Source: Flavobacteriales bacterium
GTDB taxonomy: Bacteria > Bacteroidota > Bacteroidia > Flavobacteriales_C > CBFIFL01
Assembly: GCA_965661855.1 (NCBI GenBank)
Contig: CBFIFL010000002.1
Span: 8,270-72,269 of the forward strand
Direction of reading: 5' to 3'
Length of the DNA stretch: 64,000 nt
The notes below the pieces were generated by a model, which saw only the letters and a program-made list of their open reading frames with translations, did no database searches and was not told the origin of the DNA. A program made the position numbers and the translations under genes. Shown piece after piece: positions 26,612 through 35,633 of the stretch (position 1 is its first letter; every line of letters begins with the position of its first letter).

Positions 26612-29050
26612 ATGAGAAGTATTTTATTTTTGGCGACGTTATTGCTAAGTCTAAACGTCACAGCGCAGTTTACATTGCGAGGAAAAGTATTAAGTGATTC
26701 TAAAGAGCCATTAGTTGGTGCTCTGGTTCGAATCGAAGGATCTTCAAAAGGTGTCTATACAGACAACTACGGATCTTATGAATTAAAGAAAGTACCCGCG
26801 GGTAAGAATGCACTTGAAGTAAGTTTTATCGGTTTTAAAACTTGGACCATTGACTTGGATGTGAAATCAGATCAAAGAATAGCTGATGTTAGCATGGAAG
26901 AGTCTGTAACCAAATTAGGGCAAGTAGTGGTGAAGGCTACAAGAGCAGGTAAGAATACTCCAATGGCTCAGTCTGAGATTACATTTGCTGAATTAGAGAA
27001 GCAAAACTTAGGTCAGGATTTACCAATTCTATTACAGAATGAGGTGTCATTAGTGACAACTTCAGATGCTGGAGCAGGTATTGGATACACTGGATTTAGA
27101 TTAAGAGGTTCAGATGCATCACGTATTAATGTAACAGTAAACGGAATTCCTTTGAATGATTCAGAGTCTCAAGGAGTTTACTGGGTGAATATGCCTGATT
27201 TTACTAGTTCTGTTGAAAGTATTCAGATTCAAAGAGGAGTGGGTACTTCTACAAACGGAGCAGGTGCTTTTGGTGGTAGTGTTAACTTGCAAACGAATAC
27301 TTTGAAAGAGAAAGCTTACGCTGAAGCTTCAACTACTTTTGGATCGTTTAATACTAGAAAGTATTCACTTAAGACAGGGACTGGTTTATTAGCTGATCAC
27401 TGGGTGATTGATGCTAGAGCTTCATTGATTAAATCTGATGGTTATATTGACAGAGCTTCTTCAAACCTAAGAAGTTACTTCTTATCTGGAGCTTATTATG
27501 GTGACAAAACTGTTGTGAAATTGATTCACTTTAGCGGTAGAGAAACAACTTACCAGTCTTGGTGGGGGACACCAGAAAGTAGACTTTCAGGAGATGTTGA
27601 TGCAATGAATGCACACGCTGGAAATAACGGATTGGATTCAGCTCAAACAGCTAATTTGTTAAATTCAGGAAGGACTTATAATTTCTATGAGTATGATAAT
27701 GAGGTTGATAATTATGGTCAAGACCATTATCAATTGCATTTTGCTCAAGAGTTGGGTTCTGATTTAACAGCGAATGCAGCTCTTCATTATACAAAAGGAG
27801 CTGGTTATTATGAGCAGTTTAGAAAAGCAGATGATTTTGCTAACTATGGTTTAAATGATTTAATCATTGGTGGAGATACACTTACTTCGACTGATTTAAT
27901 CAGAAGAAGATGGTTGGATAATGACTTTTATGGAATGACTTACAGTTTCATTCTAGATAAAGAAAAGTTAGACTTCACTTTTGGGGGAGCTTATAATATC
28001 TACGAAGGAGATCATTTCGGAGAGATCATTTGGTCTGAGTTTGCTAACGGATCTGATATCAGAGATAGATATTATGACAATGTGGGTAACAAAACGGAAT
28101 TCAATTCATATGCAAAGTTGAATTATCAGTTATCAGAAAAGATGCAAGGATTTGCTGATTTACAGGTAAGATCTGTTGATTACTCAACAAGTGGAATTGA
28201 TAATAACTTAGCTGTTTTAGCTATAGATACTTCTTTCACGTTTGTGAATCCTAAAGCTGGTTTAACGTATCATTTTACTGATAGCTTAAGTGCTTTTGTT
28301 TCGGTAGCAGTTGGAAACAGAGAACCGGTTAGAAATGATTTCATTGATAATCCTAGAAGCAATCAACCAAGTCATGAAACTTTATTGGATTATGAACTAG
28401 GTTTGAACTATATAGGGAATAAGTATGATTTCAATGCTAATGTGTACTTTATGGATTATACGAATCAGTTAGTATTAACTGGGGCGTTAAATGACGTAGG
28501 TTCAACTATCAGAACAAATGTAGCTGATAGTTATAGAGCAGGTCTTGAATTGAAGTTGAACTACAACATTACGAAGAAGTTGAACTTGATGACAAATGCT
28601 AGTTTCTCTCAAAATAAAATCAAAGATTTTACAGAGACAGTATATGACTACACCAATGGTTATGATGTTATTGAGAATAATTACACAGATACGGATATTG
28701 CTTTTTCTCCAAACGTAATTGCAGCAGCAGGAGTAGAGTACCAAGTTTTAAAGGATCTTTCTTTAATGGTACAAACAAAGTATGTAGGAAAGCAGTATTT
28801 GGATAATACATCTAACGATGCTAAATCGATAGATGCTTATCAAACAGTTGATGCTAGACTTTCTTATGCGGTTTTCCCAAAGAAAACAAAGTCTTTAACT
28901 GTAAATGTATTAGTTAACAACTTGTTAAACACAATGTACAGCAGTAATGGATATACTTACTCATACATCTGGGGAAGTACTATTACAGAGAATTTTTACT
29001 ATCCTCAAGCAGGAACAAACTTCTTAGTTGGAGCAACGTTGAAGTTATAA
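26612..29050 (+). CDS. TonB-dependent receptor, probably for thiamine
   Basis: TSDAGAGIGYTGFRLRGSD..RINVTVNGIPLND..QRGVGTSTNG; C-terminal YYPQAGTNF; preceded by a TPP riboswitch. Confidence 0.9.
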   Translation: MRSILFLATLLLSLNVTAQFTLRGKVLSDSKEPLVGALVRIEGSSKGVYTDNYGSYELKKVPAGKNALEVSFIGFKTWTIDLDVKSDQRIADVSMEESVTKLGQVVVKATRAGKNTPMAQSEITFAELEKQNLGQDLPILLQNEVSLVTTSDAGAGIGYTGFRLRGSDASRINVTVNGIPLNDSESQGVYWVNMPDFTSSVESIQIQRGVGTSTNGAGAFGGSVNLQTNTLKEKAYAEASTTFGSFNTRKYSLKTGTGLLADHWVIDARASLIKSDGYIDRASSNLRSYFLSGAYYGDKTVVKLIHFSGRETTYQSWWGTPESRLSGDVDAMNAHAGNNGLDSAQTANLLNSGRTYNFYEYDNEVDNYGQDHYQLHFAQELGSDLTANAALHYTKGAGYYEQFRKADDFANYGLNDLIIGGDTLTSTDLIRRRWLDNDFYGMTYSFILDKEKLDFTFGGAYNIYEGDHFGEIIWSEFANGSDIRDRYYDNVGNKTEFNSYAKLNYQLSEKMQGFADLQVRSVDYSTSGIDNNLAVLAIDTSFTFVNPKAGLTYHFTDSLSAFVSVAVGNREPVRNDFIDNPRSNQPSHETLLDYELGLNYIGNKYDFNANVYFMDYTNQLVLTGALNDVGSTIRTNVADSYRAGLELKLNYNITKKLNLMTNASFSQNKIKDFTETVYDYTNGYDVIENNYTDTDIAFSPNVIAAAGVEYQVLKDLSLMVQTKYVGKQYLDNTSNDAKSIDAYQTVDARLSYAVFPKKTKSLTVNVLVNNLLNTMYSSNGYTYSYIWGSTITENFYYPQAGTNFLVGATLKL

Positions 29051-29070
29051 GTTGATAATAAGCTTTATGG

Positions 29071-29102
29071 AAAGAGGTAGTCGGAAGGCTACCTCTTTTT
29101 TT
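29071..29102 (+). terminator. Intrinsic terminator
   Basis: aaagaggtagtc-ggaa-ggctacctcttttttt. Confidence 0.85.
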
Positions 29103-29120
29103 GTTTTGTAAATTCGCTAT

Positions 29121-29582
29121 ATGAACTACCTCGAGCGTCTGTTGAAGCTAAAGCCATCCAAGTTGTTTACTATACTGTTTTACACTTTTGGATTGCTTCA
29201 TCCTATTCTTGTCAATTTGAATTTGATTATGAATGGAGAGTATAAAAACGGAGTCGTCGTAGCTTATGAATTTATTGATAAACAATCAGAAAACGAGTTT
29301 ATTCAAGGAACTGAAGCTTCAAATGTAAAGTATAGCTTGATAGAAGTAGAGATTGATTCCACTGTTTATGAATATAATTCAGGGATGTATTCTAATTATG
29401 GTTTAGGTGAAAATGTTGAAGTTGTTGTTAATAAGGATAATCCTTCAGATTACCTGATTCTAAGTTTCACGTATCTATACTTAAGCCTATCTGGGTTATC
29501 TGTGTTTTTAGGCTTCTTCTTCTATACGCTGTTTTTATATGCGCAAGATGCTCCGAAAACAAGAAAAACTTCGAGAGGCTAA
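29121..29582 (+). CDS. Hypothetical membrane protein (DUF3592-like layout)
   Basis: TM, then beta domain (GVVV...GENVEVVVNKDNP), then TM. Confidence 0.55.
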   Translation: MNYLERLLKLKPSKLFTILFYTFGLLHPILVNLNLIMNGEYKNGVVVAYEFIDKQSENEFIQGTEASNVKYSLIEVEIDSTVYEYNSGMYSNYGLGENVEVVVNKDNPSDYLILSFTYLYLSLSGLSVFLGFFFYTLFLYAQDAPKTRKTSRG

Positions 29583-29584
29583 TG

Positions 29585-30634
29585 CTAAGATGTTAGCTCA
29601 TGATAGTTTATTAGATGGGTAAACTTGTATTCGTCTTTAAGAAACTGAATAGCTGACTTACTCCTTTGTCCATTCTCACAAAACAAAACATACTTTGCGT
29701 TTCTCTTTAATGTCGATAGTTGATCATTCAGTTGACTAAATGGTATTTGAAGGTGTTTGTCATTTTGGTCATTTGCTTCCCATTCTTCACGTAAATCGAT
29801 AATTTTATAACCTTTTTCTATAAAATCATTTAATTCTGACTTGTTCTTTGAATTGATCCCACAAAACAAATCGTAATCCATTTTAACGAAATCCGATTCA
29901 GAAATGTTTTTTATTAAAGATTTAGCAATCGTCATTTTATACGTCTCAGACTCCATTGCATTATAAACCAAAACCTTTCCGTTTAACACACCATCTAAAC
30001 CAAGAATTAATTTAATTACTTCATTGGCTTGCATAGTTCCGATTATACCAGGTAATACACCTAGAACTCCGGCTTCTGAACAAGAAGAGATTGAACCAGG
30101 AATTGGAGGAGTAGGGTAGAGACAACGATAAGTAGGTCCGTTGTTATAGTTAAATACAGAAACTTGACCTTCAAATTGATTGACAGCTCCGTATACTAAG
30201 GGTTTGTTTTTAATTGAAGCTGCATCATTGATTAGATAGCGATAACTAAAATTATCCGTGCCATCTACAACGATGTCATACTGATCAAACAAGTCTAACG
30301 CATTGCTCGTATCTAGTCGAAAGCTATAAGCCTTTATCTCAATGTCAGGGTTTAAAAGCTCCAGTCTGTTTTTAGCACAAAGAGCTTTGTTTTTACCGAT
30401 GTCTTCTATAGTGAATAAGGTTTGTCTCTGAAGATTACTTTGGTCAACAACATCAAAATCGATAATTCCGATTTGACCGATTCCCGCTGCTGCAAGGTAT
30501 TGTAAAGCAGGACAGCCTAAACCTCCAGCTCCAATCATTAAGACTTTAGCAGCTAATAGCTTTTTTTGTCCTGCAACTCCAACTTCTTTCAGAAGGATGT
30601 TACGGCTATATCTGCTTAAATCTTGCTTATTCAC
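29585..30634 (-). CDS. moeB: ThiF/MoeB family adenylyltransferase with C-terminal rhodanese domain
   Basis: RYSR, IGAGGLGCP, SNLQRQ, DGTDNF, SCSEAGVLG; rhodanese IDLRE..CENGQRS; GTG start. Confidence 0.88.
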   Translation of the reverse strand: MNKQDLSRYSRNILLKEVGVAGQKKLLAAKVLMIGAGGLGCPALQYLAAAGIGQIGIIDFDVVDQSNLQRQTLFTIEDIGKNKALCAKNRLELLNPDIEIKAYSFRLDTSNALDLFDQYDIVVDGTDNFSYRYLINDAASIKNKPLVYGAVNQFEGQVSVFNYNNGPTYRCLYPTPPIPGSISSCSEAGVLGVLPGIIGTMQANEVIKLILGLDGVLNGKVLVYNAMESETYKMTIAKSLIKNISESDFVKMDYDLFCGINSKNKSELNDFIEKGYKIIDLREEWEANDQNDKHLQIPFSQLNDQLSTLKRNAKYVLFCENGQRSKSAIQFLKDEYKFTHLINYHELTS

Positions 30635-31092
30635 TATAAATTTATCTTCATGATGCTCACATCTTCACCCATATAGTTTAGGTCTTCAAGAATAGTCCAA
30701 CCAATTTTTGAGTAAAGGGATTGCTGATCAGGTGTGTACAGGTACATTTCTTTATACCCTTTTTCCTTGGTTTGAGCTACCACTTCATTTACTAAATGAG
30801 TTGCGTATCCATTTCCACGGTGATCAGGATGAACATAAACACTAGCTAACCAGGGAAATAACTCTTTATAGATTTCCATATCGTGATCCAAAACGCAAGC
30901 GGTTCCAATTACTTCATCATTTACTATTCCTAATAATAAAGAAGGAAGAAATGGTTCTTCCAGAAAGTCTTGATATAGATTAATTCTATCCTGTAAAGTT
31001 TGGCCAGGATTGTATTTAGCCCATTCATCATGATGCCACTTAGCAATGGTCTCAATGTTTTCTTTACAGTCCTTAAGATTTTTGATAATCAT
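30634..31092 (-). CDS. GNAT family N-acetyltransferase
   Basis: PWLASVYVHPDHRGNGYA, LYSKIGW. Confidence 0.9.
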   Translation of the reverse strand: MIIKNLKDCKENIETIAKWHHDEWAKYNPGQTLQDRINLYQDFLEEPFLPSLLLGIVNDEVIGTACVLDHDMEIYKELFPWLASVYVHPDHRGNGYATHLVNEVVAQTKEKGYKEMYLYTPDQQSLYSKIGWTILEDLNYMGEDVSIMKINL

Positions 31093-31144
31093 ATTCTACA
31101 TTTTAAATGCAATCCTTGGTTTACCCAAAGAATTCACCAAAGTG

Positions 31145-31540
31145 TTATTCCTTTATAAATACTCTGTCCTTACCGAAAAACTCAGGTGACTGAACGGAAA
31201 GTACTTTTAAAGGTCTTTTTGTAACTGTCACGGCATGCTGTGTATTTGCCGGTATGTCAATTAAATCACCTGTTTTAACTAAAATGGTGTCTTGATTCAA
31301 TACCATACTTGCTTCACCCGAAATGATGTAAACTGTTTCCGCATGAACTTCATGCTTATGAAGTGGGACAGAATTTTCAATTTGAATAAAGAAACTTGAG
31401 CTTTTCTCATTCGAGTACATCTTCTTTACAAAGACATTCTCTATGCTATCCACTTCTATCTCAAGTAAATTAGTAGTCCCTTGAGCATTAGTAATTACGC
31501 TAGTTAAGCATAGCACGATCGATACCAAAAACTTATTCAT
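31145..31540 (-). CDS. Exported cupin domain protein
   Basis: Signal peptide; HKHEVHAE..Y..G and IPANTQH cupin motifs. Confidence 0.82.
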   Translation of the reverse strand: MNKFLVSIVLCLTSVITNAQGTTNLLEIEVDSIENVFVKKMYSNEKSSSFFIQIENSVPLHKHEVHAETVYIISGEASMVLNQDTILVKTGDLIDIPANTQHAVTVTKRPLKVLSVQSPEFFGKDRVFIKE

Positions 31541-32486
31541 TCGTTTTGATTTTATAAGAGTCAAAACTAAAACCATTTAGTAAGTCCTTTACAGACATTC
31601 TTTTCTTTCCTGCTAGTTGAACCTCCAAAAGCTCTAATGAAGAACTTCCTGTTCCCACAAAAACTTGTTTCCCTTCAACCTTCAATGATCCAGTAGAAAT
31701 AGCTTTATCTGATTTAGACGTTTTAAAAATCTTTAGATTCTTTTCTTCCTTGCCATCAGTCAAAACAGTGTAAGCAGCAGGGTAGGGAGATAATCCTCTA
31801 ATGTGATTGAAAATTTCTTCTTGATTTTTACCCCAGTCAATTAAACAATCAGGTTTGAATAATTTAGGAGCTTCTCTATATGGACCATCATTCAACGAAT
31901 CTTGAGGAATAGCTTTAGTATTTCCAGATGAAAGTTGATCTAATGTGGTAACGATTAATTCGGCACCAATGTTCATTAAACGATCATGAACAGTTCCAAC
32001 ATTATCATCTTCAGAAATAGGAGTTTCACTTTGAAGTAAAATATCTCCTGTATCAATTTTATGTTTTAATTGGAATGTAGAAACGCCAGTCTTTTTGTCT
32101 CCATTCATTACAGCCCAATTGATTGGTGCAGCACCTCTGTAGTCAGGAAGCAATGATCCATGAAGATTTACCGTTCCCATTTCCGGCATGTTCCAAACTG
32201 CTTCAGGTAACATTCGGAATGCAACAACAATAAATATATCTGCATTCAGGTCTTTAAGCTCTTTTAAAAAGTCTTCATCCTTTAGATTGCTTGGTTGTAA
32301 TAAAGGAATGTTTTGTTCAAGGGCATAGACTTTTACCGGACTACTTTGAAGTTTCTTACCTCTTCCCGCAGGTTTATCAGGCATAGTGATAGCACCAACT
32401 AATTGATGTTCAGATTCATGAATTGCCTTCATGGAAGCAACAGCAAAATCAGGAGTTCCTAAGAATACAACTTTTAACTTTTTCAT
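31533..32486 (-). CDS. fmt: Methionyl-tRNA formyltransferase
   Basis: FLGTPDFA, PDKPAGRG, NLHGSLLPDYRGAAPINWA. Confidence 0.96.
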   Translation of the reverse strand: MKKLKVVFLGTPDFAVASMKAIHESEHQLVGAITMPDKPAGRGKKLQSSPVKVYALEQNIPLLQPSNLKDEDFLKELKDLNADIFIVVAFRMLPEAVWNMPEMGTVNLHGSLLPDYRGAAPINWAVMNGDKKTGVSTFQLKHKIDTGDILLQSETPISEDDNVGTVHDRLMNIGAELIVTTLDQLSSGNTKAIPQDSLNDGPYREAPKLFKPDCLIDWGKNQEEIFNHIRGLSPYPAAYTVLTDGKEEKNLKIFKTSKSDKAISTGSLKVEGKQVFVGTGSSSLELLEVQLAGKKRMSVKDLLNGFSFDSYKIKTNE

Positions 32487-33101
32487 TTACCAAAATATTT
32501 CTCCAGCACCTTCACGAACAACTTCTATGTTTCCGTCAAGACAGTTAATAATAGTTGAAGCTTTGAATCCTCCAACACCACCATCGATTACAATATCCAC
32601 CAGTTTTTCATACTTCTCATGAATTAATTCAGGATTAGTCATGTATTCTACTTCCTCTTCATCCGGAAGAGATGAAGTTAGAATTGGGTTTCCAAGTTGA
32701 GAAACAATTTCTAAAGGAATGTTATGCTCAGGAACTCTGATTCCAACTTCCTTTTTAGAATTGTTTTTCAAAAGCTTTGGTACACTGGTACTAGCTTGTA
32801 AAATAAAAGTATACGGACCAGGTAGACACTTTTTCATCAACTTGTAAGTTGGGTTGTCTACTTGCTTCGCATAATCCGTTAAATGACTTAAATCTGAACA
32901 GATAAAAGCGAAATTCGCCTTGTTCATTTTGAGTCCTTTAAGCTTAGCAATGCGCTCAATAGCTTTTGGCTTAGTAATATCACAACCTATTCCATAAACC
33001 GTATCAGTAGGATAAATGATTATTCCTCCTTTAGAAAGGCAATCAATAACCTGTTTGACTTGGCGTGGGTTGGGATTATCTGGATGAATTTGTAAAATCA
33101 T
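32487..33101 (-). CDS. Sua5/YciO/YrdC family protein (threonylcarbamoyl-AMP synthase-like, YciO type)
   Basis: IHPDNP, YPTDTVYG, PGPYTFIL, GIRVP. Confidence 0.9.
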   Translation of the reverse strand: MILQIHPDNPNPRQVKQVIDCLSKGGIIIYPTDTVYGIGCDITKPKAIERIAKLKGLKMNKANFAFICSDLSHLTDYAKQVDNPTYKLMKKCLPGPYTFILQASTSVPKLLKNNSKKEVGIRVPEHNIPLEIVSQLGNPILTSSLPDEEEVEYMTNPELIHEKYEKLVDIVIDGGVGGFKASTIINCLDGNIEVVREGAGEIFW

Positions 33102-33138
33102 ATTTACTAGTATTCAAAGTTCAAATGATGTAAAACAA

Positions 33139-33189
33139 AAAAGTTCAAGAATCATTAAGCTATTTAAGCATAATGAAACTTGAACTTTA
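33139..33189 (-). terminator. Putative terminator hairpin after fsa
   Basis: aaagttcaag...cttgaacttt imperfect stem with a T-run on the minus strand. Confidence 0.5.
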
Positions 33190-33208
33190 AGTTTAGAACT
33201 AAAAATGC

Positions 33209-33871
33209 TTAAGCATTCTCAAGGCTCTTCTTGTGGTCAGCTAAAAATTTAGCTAAACCGCTATCTGTTAATGGGTGGTTTAATAAACCAGTAATTACGT
33301 TAAGTGGACCAGTCATTACATCTGCACCGATTTCAGCACAATCAATTAAGTGCATCGTGTGTCTTACTGAAGCAGCTAAAATTTCTGTATCAAAACCGTA
33401 GTTATCAAAGATTAATCTGATTTGCTCGATTAATTCAACACCGTTATGAGCGATATCATCTAACCTTCCAATGAAAGGAGAAACGTAAGTTGCACCTGCT
33501 TTAGCAGCTAATAAAGCTTGACCAGCAGAGAATATTAACGTACAGTTTGTTTTGATTCCTTTTGAAGAAAAGTATTTGATTGCTTTAACACCATCCTTGA
33601 TCATTGGAATTTTAACAACGATGTTCGGGTGTAATTGAGCTAAAGCTTCACCTTCTTTGATCATCTCTTCGTAAGTAGTAGCGATAACTTCAGCTGAAAT
33701 GTCTCCATCTACGATCTCACAAATAGCTTTGTAATGATTTTTAACATTATCGTCACCAACGATACCTTCTTTAGCCATCAAAGATGGATTAGTAGTTACA
33801 CCGTCTAAAATACCTAAAGCTTCTGCTTCTTGGATTTGGTCTAAGTTTGCTGTGTCAATGAAGAATTTCAT
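33209..33871 (-). CDS. fsa: Transaldolase / fructose-6-phosphate aldolase family protein
   Basis: [33 protein letters not shown]. True start is 33871; the upstream ORF extension overlaps ffs. Confidence 0.93.
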   Translation of the reverse strand: MKFFIDTANLDQIQEAEALGILDGVTTNPSLMAKEGIVGDDNVKNHYKAICEIVDGDISAEVIATTYEEMIKEGEALAQLHPNIVVKIPMIKDGVKAIKYFSSKGIKTNCTLIFSAGQALLAAKAGATYVSPFIGRLDDIAHNGVELIEQIRLIFDNYGFDTEILAASVRHTMHLIDCAEIGADVMTGPLNVITGLLNHPLTDSGLAKFLADHKKSLENA

Positions 33872-33946
33872 ATATAAATTTGGTTTAAAATGATGACGCA
33901 AATTTAAGTAATGAAAGTGGTATAGAAAGGAATGTGAATAAAAAAA

Positions 33947-34042
33947 GGGTAAGCTACTTGTATCGCACCGCTCAACCGTCATGCCCTTGCTATGTTCCCA
34001 TCCTGGGGGATTAGAAAGGAGCTGGTCGTACAAGACTTACCC
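33947..34042 (-). ncRNA. ffs: Signal recognition particle RNA (4.5S)
   Basis: Long hairpin GGGTAAG...CTTACCC with helix-8 CCAGGATG-GGAA-CATAGCAAGG; TAATTTTG -7 element at 34048-34055; T-run downstream. Confidence 0.88.
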
Positions 34043-34125
34043 AGCCCCAAAATTACTAAATGATTATCATTCTACAAAGAAGGGTTAGATATCTTTTATT
34101 AATTTAGAGGAAAGTAAAATTCGAC

Positions 34126-34668
34126 ATGATAAAACACACAGTGAAACACGCGATGAAATATGGAGCTATTATAGGTATAATAGGTTCGTTAATAACCATT
34201 CTAGCTTACTTTTTGGGTGCTTTGGGAAGTACTACTTTGACAGTTCTGTCAGTGGTAATTAGTATTGGTTTATACGTGTACATGGTGAAGTATCATAGAG
34301 ACCAGGTGCTAAAAGGCGTGATTTCATTAAAAGATGTTGTTATACTGGTAATGTTGGTGGTTACATTTTCAACATTTATAAGTACTTCAATCAATATTGC
34401 TCATTTAAAATTGAGTCCAAGTTTCATGAAAGATAACATTGAGTTGGCTGTTAACGCAGCTGAGAAAATGGCTGATTTAATGGGGTTGGAAGGAGCTAAA
34501 TTAGATGAGGTTGTTAATGCGTCGATCGAAGGAATCAAAACTCAAGGTATAATGACAATTATTCAAGGTTCAATAATAACAGGTCTTTTAGGATCTATTC
34601 TAGGTTTGATTCTTGGAGCAATCTTCAAAAAAGAAGAAAAAGTTTTCGATAACGAATACGATAACTAA
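34126..34668 (+). CDS. DUF4199 family membrane protein
   Basis: AMKYGAIIG, four TMs, AIFKK end; sits directly before a GT2 as usual in Bacteroidota. Confidence 0.75.
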   Translation: MIKHTVKHAMKYGAIIGIIGSLITILAYFLGALGSTTLTVLSVVISIGLYVYMVKYHRDQVLKGVISLKDVVILVMLVVTFSTFISTSINIAHLKLSPSFMKDNIELAVNAAEKMADLMGLEGAKLDEVVNASIEGIKTQGIMTIIQGSIITGLLGSILGLILGAIFKKEEKVFDNEYDN

Positions 34669-34671
34669 AAA

Positions 34672-35622
34672 ATGGATATTTCAATTGTAGTACCAGCGTA
34701 TAACGAGAAGGAATCATTACCAGAGCTTTGTACTTGGATTGACGAAGTGATGAAGAAAAATAATTACACTTACGAGGTAGTTATTGTTGATGATGGAAGT
34801 ACCGATGGTTCTTGGGATACAATTGAATCGATCAATAATAAGAACCCTTCTATAAAAGGAATAAAATTCAAAAGAAATCAAGGTAAATCAGCTGCTTTAC
34901 ATACTGCTTTTCAAGTAGTGGAAGGAAATATGGTGGTTACCATGGATGCGGATCTTCAGGATTCTCCGGAAGAAATACCAGAATTCAAACAAATGATTGG
35001 TGAGGAAGGTTTTGATTTAGTATCTGGTTGGAAACAAAAACGTTTCGATCCTATCACCAAAACAATACCAACTAAATTATATAACTGGACAACAAGAAAG
35101 ATGTCTGGTATTTATTTGAATGATTTCAATTGTGGTTTAAAAGCATATAAAAAGGAAGTAGTAAAGAATATTGAAGTGTATGGAGAAATGCATCGATATA
35201 TTCCTGTAATTGCTAAATGGAGAGGTTTTGCCAATATTGGAGAGAAGGTAGTTCAGCATCAAGCTAGAAAATACGGTTCTTCAAAGTTTGGGTTGGAACG
35301 TTTTGTAAATGGCTTTTTGGATTTAATGTCTATCACGTTTGTATCTAAGTTTGGTAAAAAACCAATGCACTTTTTTGGTCTTATCGGTACCTTAATGTTC
35401 ATACTTGGTTTTTTAATGACATTGTATTTAGGTGCTTATAAAATGTACTCTTTGATAAATCACTTAGAGGCAAGATTAATTACCGATCAACCAGTGTTTT
35501 ATATCTCTCTGGTTTGCATGATTTTAGGGACTCAGCTTTTTTTAGCAGGATTCTTGGCAGAGTTGTTGTCTAGAAATAATCCAAATAGAAACAATTACTT
35601 GATAGAGAAGGAGTTGTTGTAA
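34672..35622 (+). CDS. Glycosyltransferase family 2 (ArnC/DPM-like)
   Basis: SIVVPAYNE, VDDGSTD, MDADLQD, HRYIP, two C-terminal TMs. Confidence 0.93.
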   Translation: MDISIVVPAYNEKESLPELCTWIDEVMKKNNYTYEVVIVDDGSTDGSWDTIESINNKNPSIKGIKFKRNQGKSAALHTAFQVVEGNMVVTMDADLQDSPEEIPEFKQMIGEEGFDLVSGWKQKRFDPITKTIPTKLYNWTTRKMSGIYLNDFNCGLKAYKKEVVKNIEVYGEMHRYIPVIAKWRGFANIGEKVVQHQARKYGSSKFGLERFVNGFLDLMSITFVSKFGKKPMHFFGLIGTLMFILGFLMTLYLGAYKMYSLINHLEARLITDQPVFYISLVCMILGTQLFLAGFLAELLSRNNPNRNNYLIEKELL

Positions 35623-35633
35623 TTTCAATTATT

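Noticed and set aside
26461-26661. 66-aa ORF on the minus strand
   Set aside because: It is antisense to the TPP riboswitch and the TBDT start.
33872-34033. 54-aa N-terminal extension of the fsa ORF
   Set aside because: It runs through the SRP RNA and its terminator; family similarity begins at MKFFIDTAN (33871).
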